The notes below the pieces were generated by a model. That model had not been told where the DNA came from. It saw only the letters and a program-made list of their open reading frames with translations, and ran no database searches. This document shows positions 21,193 to 30,131 of a DNA stretch of 64,000 bases, one piece after another; within the stretch, counting starts at the first letter, position 1, and each line of letters begins with the position of its first letter. Location: assembly GCA_030522375.1 (NCBI GenBank), contig CP130488.1, positions 1,408,569 to 1,472,568 of the forward strand, written 5' to 3'. This DNA comes from Methanosuratincola petrocarbonis. Lineage in GTDB: Archaea; Thermoproteota; Methanomethylicia; Methanomethylicales; Methanomethylicaceae. The translations under genes and the position numbers were made by a program.

Positions 21193-21507
21193 TTATATCT
21201 TATTTACAATGTCATTGAATTCCTTTGAGAGTTGTTTCAGCTGGTCTTTCGTCCAAGCGCGCTTTATCTCCAAGAGTGCTTGGAGTATCCTGGCTGTAAC
21301 CTCGTCATTAGGGTAACACTTCTTTTCTGTAGCCAGATACCTGTAGAGCTGCGGCCTTGAGATCTTTGTCATTTTCGAGGTCTTGTATATGGAGCCGTAG
21401 ACTTCAAGGAGGCTTTTCAGGAATAGAATCCGATATTCGTTCGGGATGTATTGAGAAATCAGCTGTATTATCTCAAATGAAGAGTTGACCCTGGACATTT
21501 TGATCAA
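21193..21507 (-). CDS. Small HTH-containing protein (104 aa)
   Basis: AT-rich ORF. ISRPQLYRYLATEKK resembles an HTH recognition helix. Borders a 1.1-kb non-coding region. Confidence 0.35.
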   Translation of the reverse strand: MIKMSRVNSSFEIIQLISQYIPNEYRILFLKSLLEVYGSIYKTSKMTKISRPQLYRYLATEKKCYPNDEVTARILQALLEIKRAWTKDQLKQLSKEFNDIVNKI

Positions 21508-22606
21508 ATTATTCTTGAGATTTGGGTTATAAGAGGGTGACCCCTGCCTTTCAATTGGACTTTGTTGCCTTAACAGGAGGGTTGAAATGAAGTAAATGTG
21601 TAAATTTAAGAGATCCTTTACAAAAATTCTCGACTGAAAGTCTTTTATATAGACTGGCGGTTATTAACATTTACACTGTCTTTTCTAAAGGTAGTAAATA
21701 ATACCTAAGTAATATACACTTCCAAGCGAAGAATAGGGGTGCCAGGGTTTGATGATCTGCCTTTGGGCTTCTACCCATTCTATTTAAAGTTAATCCTTCT
21801 TTTTTTAAATGGTTGTTGAAAAAGGACTTCCAGTAGAAATTTGAGCAAACCCCGCAGCAAAACTCGTAAAATACTTCCCAAGTCCAATTAGTAAGGCTTG
21901 ATCGGCAGGACCAAACTAAATGCCAGTCATGCGTTTAGGCACTCTCCGGGGCCAGCTGCCGCACATTTATGTAACATATTCGATACATAAAAATGCCTGA
22001 TTCAAGCCCTCTGAGGTCGTGTAAAACACTGTAAAATTGTTCGTTTTATGTAACTATTCTGTTACAACTTACCATCAAAATGCCATATAATAATTCATTT
22101 TAAAGCGGTCTATTTTCGTCTCACATCGGCATCATAAATTCTAATATTTAAACTTATCTATCATTAACGCCTGCTTTGATGGTGTTTTTAAATTTTTCAT
22201 GGTGTATTTAGATCATCAAGTCCGGAAGTCTTAGTAAAAAACAATCTAGGTGCTTTGCTTTCTGATCCGTAAAAGTGACTTTGTAATAGTTCATTCTAGA
22301 GCGGCGCTATTACAGAACCTTGTTTTCGCGTCATTTTTACATCATAGTCACAGTGTGATATTAACGTTTTGGCCTTATGTGCTGGTTTGATACAATTCAC
22401 CCCTTCACTTCCACTCGAACCCAGTGAATGAACCCATTATGAATTTATTTTGTCCAGATTCACTTGTGATTTACTCCAGTGAACCTAAACAGTGGAATTT
22501 TTCCTTTTTTCTACATAATGACCATCAAAATTTGCTTATTTAACAACGCTATGTAAACCACAATACGCTCATATACCTATGAAGAAGTTAACTTTAGGCT
22601 GCTACT
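21508..22606. other. 1.1-kb AT-rich non-coding region with a GTGAA(T/C)/ATTCAC motif cluster at 22390-22500
   Basis: No ORF above 60 aa on either strand. At least six copies of (C)AGTGAA(T/C) or its complement lie within 110 bp just upstream of the 22607 gene. Confidence 0.5.
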
Positions 22607-23029
22607 GTGGTGGGGTATGTGAAACGCATTAAAATCGAAATCTGTGATACCAACGGTGAGCAAATCACAGTAGCCTTGAGTGGGCAAACGGCCAAGGATA
22701 AGCTTCTCAAGATCCTGCAAATAATAGATAATGAGACACCTACCCCGCCGACTACGACGTCCACGGTTACAAAGACCACAAAGGACAAGCTCCTCGATGT
22801 GATTGCGACGGACTTGAGCAAGGTCTGGTTCACTAGCAAGGACCTTTCTTTGCTGTTCCAAGAGCGTTTCCATGAGCCAATTAAGCCGAGCACCATCTCC
22901 ACATACTTGACGCGTCTTTACAGCAACGGGTATCTAGAGCGAAAGGGCAACAGGGCATGTTGGCAATACAGGCTTGTATCGAACATATCTGCCGATAAGA
23001 TAGACTTGAAGATGGTCAACGAGCTGTGA
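22607..23029 (+). CDS. Winged-helix protein with Thr/Pro-rich linker
   Basis: 140 aa. C-terminal wHTH (SKDLSLLFQERFHEPIKPSTISTYLTRLYSNGYLERKG) preceded by a TPTPPTTTSTVTKTTK linker. Confidence 0.5.
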   Translation: MVGYVKRIKIEICDTNGEQITVALSGQTAKDKLLKILQIIDNETPTPPTTTSTVTKTTKDKLLDVIATDLSKVWFTSKDLSLLFQERFHEPIKPSTISTYLTRLYSNGYLERKGNRACWQYRLVSNISADKIDLKMVNEL

Positions 23030-23033
23030 TATT

Positions 23034-23750
23034 TTAGCCCTGTGCTGCAGGTTGAGCTTCCTCTAGCACCGCCTTCTTGATCTCTTCTGGCACGATGTAC
23101 GAATAGGGCCAGGTCGTTTCGTCCCTTATTATCTTCTTCTCGTCCGCCAGCTTCTTCAAAGTCCTGGCGACGTGTTCCCTGGCTTTGTTGATTGCAGCTG
23201 CAATTGGCGTAGCGCTCTTTGTGCCGGGGTTCTCGATAAGATACTTTATGATGGCGATTTCGGTCTGATTCAGGAACTCTCTGCGTTCAGGTGCCTTCTG
23301 TAATGGAACGCTGTTTTGCGCCGTGGACGTTTGTGTCGTTGCGGGGGTGGGTGGCGGCTGTTCCGGTAACGGGACTTGAGTCTGCAAGGGGACTTGGAGC
23401 CTGGGCGGCTCTGTTTTAATTATCTCCTGCGGCTTTGAGGTGGGTGTTATGATGCTTGCCTTGGGATATGCTGCATCTCTATTGGCAAAGTCTGAGAGTT
23501 TATCATTAATCCTCTGTAGATCCAGCCTTATTCTGCCGATATCCGACTCTAGAAAAGTGATGTACTCCTCTATGCGTCTGAGCCTTTCAACCAAATCCCT
23601 TCTTAGAAGCGCGAGCTCTACTTTGAATTCGTCTATCCCTCTCTCGCTTCCATCTTGAAAGCTCACTCGTGACACCTTTGTAACGCATTTTAATATCCCT
23701 TTGTAATTTTGATATTTTAAGGTTTTTGGTTGTGAGTGACTTATTGTCAC
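23034..23750 (-). CDS. Coiled-coil protein with Pro/Thr-rich linker and C-terminal MarR-like wHTH
   Basis: 238 aa. Heptad-like N-terminal region, then PPRLQVPLQTQVPLPEQPPPTPATTQTST linker, then LNQTEIAIIKYLIENPGTKSATPIAAAINKAREHVARTLKKL wHTH. Confidence 0.5.
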   Translation of the reverse strand: MTISHSQPKTLKYQNYKGILKCVTKVSRVSFQDGSERGIDEFKVELALLRRDLVERLRRIEEYITFLESDIGRIRLDLQRINDKLSDFANRDAAYPKASIITPTSKPQEIIKTEPPRLQVPLQTQVPLPEQPPPTPATTQTSTAQNSVPLQKAPERREFLNQTEIAIIKYLIENPGTKSATPIAAAINKAREHVARTLKKLADEKKIIRDETTWPYSYIVPEEIKKAVLEEAQPAAQG

Positions 23751-23816
23751 TAAAATTTATTTACTTGTGCCCTGTTAATCACATTAATGTGATTTATTAT
23801 CACTATTATCTCACAA

Positions 23817-24380
23817 TCACAACGAATGCTTGGCTATCAAGTCTATTTTTGTCACGATTCCTACCATCGTTCCATGGTCACTCACTAGGACCGCAGGGCT
23901 CTTAGCAGACAGTATGCGCGCAACCTCATCAAGATCCATATCAATGCTCACAATGGGAAAGCCTTCTTCCACGAACCTTCCGACCTTCTGCTTGAAGAGG
24001 TCTTTTATTGATCCCTTGGCGACTTCTTTCAGGATCGTCTCCTCTCGAAGGCTCCCCACTATCTTGCCGTTCTCTACTACGGGCAGCTGTGAAATGCCGT
24101 TTTTCCACATCAACTCTACTGCCTTCTCGAGGGGTTCGTCTATTCCAACGGTAATTATTGGTGCATGCATCACGTCCTTGATTTTGGCCTTTTTTCCCTC
24201 GCCGGTATCTAGCGCTACAAGGATCTTGCGCAATGTAGAGATCCGGGGATCTATTGTCCCTGCCTCTATCCTGGCAATCAGTGCCTGGCTCACGCCCGCC
24301 TTTTTCGCCAGCTGTTCCTGAGTCAGCCCCGCCTTCTTTCTCATTGCCCTTATCTCGTGCGGAGTGGGCAAAGAGACCAT
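23817..24380 (-). CDS. XRE-HTH plus tandem CBS-domain transcriptional regulator
   Basis: N-terminal HTH (LTQEQLAKKAGVSQALIARIE) followed by a CBS pair. Divergent from hypF. Confidence 0.7.
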   Translation of the reverse strand: MVSLPTPHEIRAMRKKAGLTQEQLAKKAGVSQALIARIEAGTIDPRISTLRKILVALDTGEGKKAKIKDVMHAPIITVGIDEPLEKAVELMWKNGISQLPVVENGKIVGSLREETILKEVAKGSIKDLFKQKVGRFVEEGFPIVSIDMDLDEVARILSAKSPAVLVSDHGTMVGIVTKIDLIAKHSL

Positions 24381-24425
24381 ATAATAACCTCTCTTGATAA
24401 TATCTAACTAATGATTATTTAGTTT

Positions 24426-26756
24426 ATGGTGCAGCTTATGGGGATGCGGCGCGTTCATCTATACATCCGTGGGCTGGTGCAGGGTGTCGGTTTCAGGCCA
24501 TATGTCTATAGCCTGGCGACTTCCAAAGGACTTTGCGGTTTTGTCTCTAATTTGGCTGATGCTGGCGTTGAGGTTGTTGTTGAAGGCGATGAAACTGCCC
24601 TTAGGGAGTTTCTTGAAGAGCTTCCTAAAAAGCACCCCTCAGTTTCGAGAATAGATGAGATGGAAGTCGAATGGGGTGCGCCCAGCTATGCCTTCTCCAG
24701 TTTCGAAATCTCAGATAGCCAGGAGAGGCGGATTTCTGTGAGATCTGTGATTCCTGTGGATCTGGGGATTTGTGATTTATGCGTCACAGAAATTACCGGT
24801 AATACCAGGTACGGCGGCTACCCTTTCACATCGTGTGCGCAATGTGGTCCGCGCTTCACAATGATTCGCAGGCTACCCTATGATCGTGTGAACACATCGA
24901 TGGACGTCTTTCCATTCTGCCCTGAATGCTTGCGCGAGTATCTCGACCCGAAAAATCGCAGATATGATGCGCAGGGGTTTGCATGTCCCCTTTGCGGCCC
25001 CAAATTGACGCTTTTGGACGCCTCTGGAGAAGCCGTAGAGTCCAAGGACCCGATTATTTCCGCAGCCAGGTTGCTCTCAGAGGGGTCGATCATCGCGGTG
25101 AAGGGGCTCGGCGGCTTCCACCTGGCTGTGAATGCCCTTGACGAATCCTCAGTGTCCGAGCTGAGGAAGAGGCGGCGCCGCCCCAACCAGCCATTCGCAA
25201 TAATGTCCCCTTCAATCGAAGAAATAACGCGCTTTGCAGAAGTCAGCGAGGGCGAGGCTCAGCTGCTCCTGTCCCCTGCCCGCCCAATTGTTGTCCTGAA
25301 AAAATCGGATAATTGCAACCTCGCAGACTCTGTTGCCCCCGGTCTCAACTCCATCGGCGTCATGTTGCCTTACACCGGGATCCACCTGCTCCTATTGCGC
25401 GCATTCCGCAGGGAAGCCCTGGTGATGACTTCAGCAAATTATCCTGGCAAGCCCATGATGATCGACGAAAGATCCGCTCTAAGCGAACTGAAAGGCGTTG
25501 CTGACTACTACCTGGTCCACAACCGGGAAATCGTAAACCGCTGTGACGACTCTGTGATTAAGTCCATCGGTGGGGACAGGGTCTTTCTGAGGAAATCCCG
25601 GGGGTACTCCCCTTCCTACCTGCGAGCTGGGTGGTCGGTGGGAGACAAATACATACTCGGTCTTGGCGGGGAACTGAACAACAATGCTTCTCTCTTTGTA
25701 AAAGATCAGATCATAACAACACAGCATATAGGAGATGTTGACGAACTCGAGACTTTGGATTTTATGAAAAATGCAATAAAATTTATCGAAAAGACATATG
25801 ACCTTAGAAAGCCGGACGTGATCGCTTGCGACATGAATCCTGCCTTTTTGACCAGGCGCTACGCAGAAGAGCTCTCCGCCGAGCTGGGGTCGCCTCTGGT
25901 CCGGGTTCAGCATCACCATGCGCATGCTGCCGCTTTGATGGCTGAGAATGGGATTGGCTTGGATGGGGAGGTTGTATCAATAGTAATCGACGGAACCGGC
26001 TACGGGCTGGACGGCAATTCGTGGGGCGGCGAGATTTTAGTTGCAGGGTACCGCGATTTCAAGCGGGCCGCCCACCTTGAGCCCCATCCAATGCCAGGTG
26101 GGGACGCGTGCGCCTATTACCCAGCCAGGATGCTAGCCTCGTTCCTAAGCTCAAAACTTTCTGATTCAGATGTCGAAAAACTGTTAGAAAAAGATGCAAC
26201 TAAATACTTTAAACATGGAATCGAAGAATTGAAATTAGTTCTTAAACAGTGTAAGGAAACACGTTCATTAAAGACGACGAGTTTGGGCAGGCTTCTGGAC
26301 GCACTTGCTGTTGCACTTGATGTCTGCTGGCTCAGGACTTACGAGGGGGAGCCTCCTATGCGTCTAGAGTCTTTGGCCCTCCGTGGCGGACCAAGCGAAA
26401 TTAAACTTGAGCTGGAGTATCGAAAAGAAAATGGGATGTATATATTCGATACTTCTTCATTCGTAAATGCCGTGTTTGATCTGAAAAATAGTTATGACAG
26501 AAAAGACATGGCTTTTGCAATACATAAAAGCATAGGAGATGCTTTTGCAGAGGTTGCGTGCCTGCTGGCCGAGGAATGCGGAGTCCAAACAATCGGCCTC
26601 ACCGGAGGGGCTGCCGTAAACACATTAATAAATCATTCCATAAAAGAAAAAATTATAAAAAATAACAAAAAGCTCATAGTCCATATAAATTATCCTTGTG
26701 GAGATGGTTGCGTTTCGTTGGGGCAATCCGTTGTTGCTTCTTCACGCATTCTGTGA
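24426..26756 (+). CDS. hypF: [NiFe]-hydrogenase maturation carbamoyltransferase HypF
   Basis: 776 aa. Acylphosphatase domain (VQGVGFRPYVYSLA), two CxxC zinc-finger pairs, a YrdC-like domain (GLGGFHLAVNALDE) and a Kae1/HypF C-terminal carbamoyltransferase domain. Confidence 0.85.
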   Translation: MVQLMGMRRVHLYIRGLVQGVGFRPYVYSLATSKGLCGFVSNLADAGVEVVVEGDETALREFLEELPKKHPSVSRIDEMEVEWGAPSYAFSSFEISDSQERRISVRSVIPVDLGICDLCVTEITGNTRYGGYPFTSCAQCGPRFTMIRRLPYDRVNTSMDVFPFCPECLREYLDPKNRRYDAQGFACPLCGPKLTLLDASGEAVESKDPIISAARLLSEGSIIAVKGLGGFHLAVNALDESSVSELRKRRRRPNQPFAIMSPSIEEITRFAEVSEGEAQLLLSPARPIVVLKKSDNCNLADSVAPGLNSIGVMLPYTGIHLLLLRAFRREALVMTSANYPGKPMMIDERSALSELKGVADYYLVHNREIVNRCDDSVIKSIGGDRVFLRKSRGYSPSYLRAGWSVGDKYILGLGGELNNNASLFVKDQIITTQHIGDVDELETLDFMKNAIKFIEKTYDLRKPDVIACDMNPAFLTRRYAEELSAELGSPLVRVQHHHAHAAALMAENGIGLDGEVVSIVIDGTGYGLDGNSWGGEILVAGYRDFKRAAHLEPHPMPGGDACAYYPARMLASFLSSKLSDSDVEKLLEKDATKYFKHGIEELKLVLKQCKETRSLKTTSLGRLLDALAVALDVCWLRTYEGEPPMRLESLALRGGPSEIKLELEYRKENGMYIFDTSSFVNAVFDLKNSYDRKDMAFAIHKSIGDAFAEVACLLAEECGVQTIGLTGGAAVNTLINHSIKEKIIKNNKKLIVHINYPCGDGCVSLGQSVVASSRIL

Positions 26757-27002
26757 TTAATATCACGAATCACAAACACTTAAGATTGGACGCCTTGGAG
26801 ATCCGTCCCTTTGAGATTGCCCCCGTTCTGGTCTCCATAGGGGACTCGAAAGCATCATCATAAAACATCATGCCGCCCCATGATTAGCCCCAGGGCCTCT
26901 CTCTCTTATCATGACTTGATGATGATCCTATGAAAAACCTTCATTTTTCATGAATAACGTGACTCCGTTTGTCAAGTGTGACTCACCGGTCTAGTGTGTG
27001 AT

Positions 27003-28787
27003 TCAGAGCAGCAGGAAAAGTACGGCGGCACAAATGATCGGGACTCCAAGCAGCCAAACCAGCCCCCTCTTCGCTACATGTATCGACTCCTCAGTTATTG
27101 CCCAGAGCATCCCCAGCCCCTCCTGCCCGAGCAGGCTCACGCCCTCCACGACGTGTTTAGAAAATTCGACTCTGCACTCCGAGATTCTAGACTCTGCTTC
27201 CCTTATCGCCTGCACTATTTTCTCGACGAGTACTTTTTCCGAAATGACCTTTCCCAGGACGTGGTACCCTTGGCCCCCTGCAGTCCCGGTTACCACGTGC
27301 GTGTCTGTGGTCGCTACCTCGGAAATCCCGTAGCCAAGCTTGAAGAGTTCTTCTTTTATTCTCTCCCTGATTCCGCAGAGGAGATTATTTCCATCCAGTG
27401 AGACGAAAGCCGCCTTATGGCCGTTGACTCGGGTCACTATGACCATGACCCCTCCTTCCCCGATCCCGTCCCTCCTGGAGAACCCTTCGAGCCTCGACTG
27501 GGCGAAGCCAGCAAACAATTCCCCCTTTTCCGAGCCAGCCTCCCTCAAGGCTCCCTCCAACGCGACGAGAAGATCCTCCTCGTCCTGTTTTTCGAACTCC
27601 TCATATGTCGCGTCCATCGAATTATGTGCATCCACTATAACACCATCAGAATAGCCGTATTCAGCCAATTTTTCAATGCAAATTTCGTGCACGTGCCGGG
27701 GCAGATCCTCGGTGGGGATCGGGGACCTGGTAATCACAATTAGGGGGGTGCTGCCAAAAATCTGGACGGTGACTGTGACTCTCCCAACTTTGCAGCTCGC
27801 CGGCTTTGACGCATTGGCATTCCCTTCTGAGTAATTGGCGTTAACTACCGCACTGATTATCCTCCTGCAGTCCTCGCCTGAGACTGGGTCATCTTCGTGA
27901 GTCGTGGGCGTGTGGAATATGACCGGGACTCTCCCGGCGCCTGCCAGGCTTTCAGCGAGGGCAGTCGGCAAGGCTGCGCCTCCTAGGTTCCTAAAAGGCC
28001 CGGGGTGAACGAGGGGTGCTACCAGCACACATATCCCATTTTCGTTTTTGAAACTGAGGGTCCTCACTTCGACATCCTTTTTCACAGCGATCCTTTTCAG
28101 ATCATTTTCAAGAAACTCGCTTTCGTCAAGAATTAGTGAGGCTATGAGAGACCTGAATAGCGAGACGCTTCCAACGCCAAGGATTTTTTTCCCCACCCCT
28201 TCTATCCTCGAATAATAGAGTTTCGCGGTCACGATTGACGCGATACAGGTCAGCCCAAACATGATGAACCTGTCAGCAAAAAAAGTCCTTTCAAAAAGGT
28301 AGAGCACTATTGAATGTGCGAATACTATTGATGCTGGCTGCACCAGGCTCTCCAATCCGCCCCTAAAGTCTTTGGTCTTTGAAACTGCCGCGAGGACGAT
28401 GTATTCGTAAACCACTACAACTCCACACGACAGAAAATATGTTCTTTCCAGTATCGCACCATTGCCAAATGCCTTTGCGAGAAATCCGCCTATCAGTATC
28501 CCTATGCCAACAAAAATAATTCCGAAGAGCATCAGTCCGAGGGCTCTCCTCGCAGTCAAAAAGCCATCCTTCTTGCTTACTATGTGCCCGCAAATTATCC
28601 CGGACAACCCCAGTGAGATTGCCCCATCGATTAAACCTATTGCCATCCCTTCAGAACCGAAAGCCAGCCAGTATGAAAAAGTGCAAAAAAACATTCCAAT
28701 GAGCATGATTTGGGCTGCTAACTTTGACTTGCTGGGCAAACTAAAAAAAGACCTGTACTTCTTCATCAGCTGCGAAGTAAAGTCCAA
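27003..28787 (-). CDS. Large membrane protein with cytoplasmic C-terminal domain (DUF2070-like)
   Basis: 594 aa. About 8 N-terminal TM helices, then a soluble domain (HPGPFRNLGGAALPTALAESLAGAG). Family assignment is tentative. Confidence 0.5.
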   Translation of the reverse strand: MDFTSQLMKKYRSFFSLPSKSKLAAQIMLIGMFFCTFSYWLAFGSEGMAIGLIDGAISLGLSGIICGHIVSKKDGFLTARRALGLMLFGIIFVGIGILIGGFLAKAFGNGAILERTYFLSCGVVVVYEYIVLAAVSKTKDFRGGLESLVQPASIVFAHSIVLYLFERTFFADRFIMFGLTCIASIVTAKLYYSRIEGVGKKILGVGSVSLFRSLIASLILDESEFLENDLKRIAVKKDVEVRTLSFKNENGICVLVAPLVHPGPFRNLGGAALPTALAESLAGAGRVPVIFHTPTTHEDDPVSGEDCRRIISAVVNANYSEGNANASKPASCKVGRVTVTVQIFGSTPLIVITRSPIPTEDLPRHVHEICIEKLAEYGYSDGVIVDAHNSMDATYEEFEKQDEEDLLVALEGALREAGSEKGELFAGFAQSRLEGFSRRDGIGEGGVMVIVTRVNGHKAAFVSLDGNNLLCGIRERIKEELFKLGYGISEVATTDTHVVTGTAGGQGYHVLGKVISEKVLVEKIVQAIREAESRISECRVEFSKHVVEGVSLLGQEGLGMLWAITEESIHVAKRGLVWLLGVPIICAAVLFLLL

Positions 28788-28802
28788 CTGATTTTCATCT
28801 CA

Positions 28803-29858
28803 TTGATAACTTGCTATTCAATAAAAGTTAAAAACTTATTCAGAAGAACCCTGTATGTCGGGTGCGGTTGTTTGTTCTCGGTTAAATGGCAGAATGGGGT
28901 TCTGGTGGAATCAAAAGGGTTTTCCATGGTTCTTGACCCCATGAAGAAGGTGGGGTCCGCGGACAGCGCGTTCATATCCCATGCCCACATGGATCACACC
29001 GGCGCTTTTACCGATTCCGACAAAATCAAGTATTCGACCAAAGAGACAACCGCACTCTATGAGGCAGTCGCTGATCGGAAGACGAAGAACGTCGTACCAT
29101 GCGCCTATGGTCAAAGTCTCTCCGTCCATGAAACACGATTAAAAGTGGTGAATTCGGGGCATGTCTTTGGCTCTGCGGCGCTCCTTTTGACTAGCGGGGA
29201 TGTGACTTTTTTTTACACGGGCGACTTCAATTTCACTGATTCGTTGACCCAGCGTGCAATATCCCCGCAGGAATGTGATATCTTAGTGATTGAAACGACC
29301 TATGGGCGTCCCGACTTTGTGTTCCCCAACCGGGAGGATGTCTATGACCAGATCGTTCAGTGGGCGGCTTCAACCATAATGCAGGGGGACGTCCCTTGCT
29401 ATTTGGTCTACCCGGTCGGAAAGGCGCAGGAGATTACACGGCTTTTCAACCTCTTCACCTCAATCCCAGTGGTGACTCACCCTTCGGTCACAAGGGCAAA
29501 TAGCATCGTAAACTCGTTCGGCGGCAACCTGGCTTTTTATGACCTCGCCGGTGCGGGGGAGGAACTGCTAAAGTCCGGGAACTGTGTCTGCCTCTTCCCC
29601 ACTTCTCTTAATTCCAGGGCTGTAAAGATGGTCTACCCCAGAGCCAGGGTGGCTACAGTGACAGGTTGGGGGCTGACCTTTGGCAAGAGGAGCGCGGACG
29701 CGACTTTCGCACTCAGCAGCCACGCGGATTACCTGCAGCTCCTGACATTCGTCAAGGAATGCAAGCCTAAGAAGGTCTATACGATCCACGGATACTCGGA
29801 GATCTTCGCGAACAAACTCAAAAGGATGGGATTCGATTCGGCTCCACTCGAGCACTAG
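28803..29858 (+). CDS. Metallo-beta-lactamase-fold hydrolase (beta-CASP-like)
   Basis: HAHMDHTG (HxHxDH) and a downstream SSHADY motif. TTG start at 28803, or ATG at 28926. Confidence 0.6.
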   Translation: MITCYSIKVKNLFRRTLYVGCGCLFSVKWQNGVLVESKGFSMVLDPMKKVGSADSAFISHAHMDHTGAFTDSDKIKYSTKETTALYEAVADRKTKNVVPCAYGQSLSVHETRLKVVNSGHVFGSAALLLTSGDVTFFYTGDFNFTDSLTQRAISPQECDILVIETTYGRPDFVFPNREDVYDQIVQWAASTIMQGDVPCYLVYPVGKAQEITRLFNLFTSIPVVTHPSVTRANSIVNSFGGNLAFYDLAGAGEELLKSGNCVCLFPTSLNSRAVKMVYPRARVATVTGWGLTFGKRSADATFALSSHADYLQLLTFVKECKPKKVYTIHGYSEIFANKLKRMGFDSAPLEH

Positions 29859-29862
29859 TCGT

Positions 29863-30000
29863 TTACCCGAATAGAACGTGGGCCAGAATGACCGTTCCCA
29901 TCAGCATGATTGAAGCAAGAACGACGTAGTGGGGCCTTATCTTCACACCGTGCGTCTCGTCTTCAAAGAACCTCATCAACCCTGCGCCGGACATTGGCAT
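29863..30000 (-). CDS. Preprotein translocase subunit Sec61beta (archaeal SecG)
   Basis: MPMSGAGLMRFFEDETHGVKIRPHYVVLASIMLMGTVILAHVLFG matches the archaeal Sec61beta pattern (AGLxRFFEE...I.P..V plus a C-terminal TM). The ORF in the track extends upstream to 30060. Confidence 0.6.
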   Translation of the reverse strand: MPMSGAGLMRFFEDETHGVKIRPHYVVLASIMLMGTVILAHVLFG

Positions 30001-30131
30001 TGGTGACCTGTCTTTCTGCTTTCCTGGCAAAGCGACCACCCCTTCAAAACGGCACTCCATTGTTTTTAAACATTATGTATATTACGCGCTTAACCCAATA
30101 ATAAGTTGTTTCTCGTTAGGAGGCATGCTTT

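Noticed and set aside
22071-22531. Direct repeat ACCATCAAAAT at 22071-22081 and 22521-22531 as possible att duplication
   Set aside because: An 11-nt match within 1.1 kb of AT-rich DNA is close to chance expectation. No flanking integrase or target gene was found.
26757-27002. Inverted CATCATCAT/ATGATGATG repeats between the convergent hypF and membrane-protein genes as a regulatory element
   Set aside because: Best explained as a bidirectional terminator or stem region between convergent genes. No adjacent promoter context.
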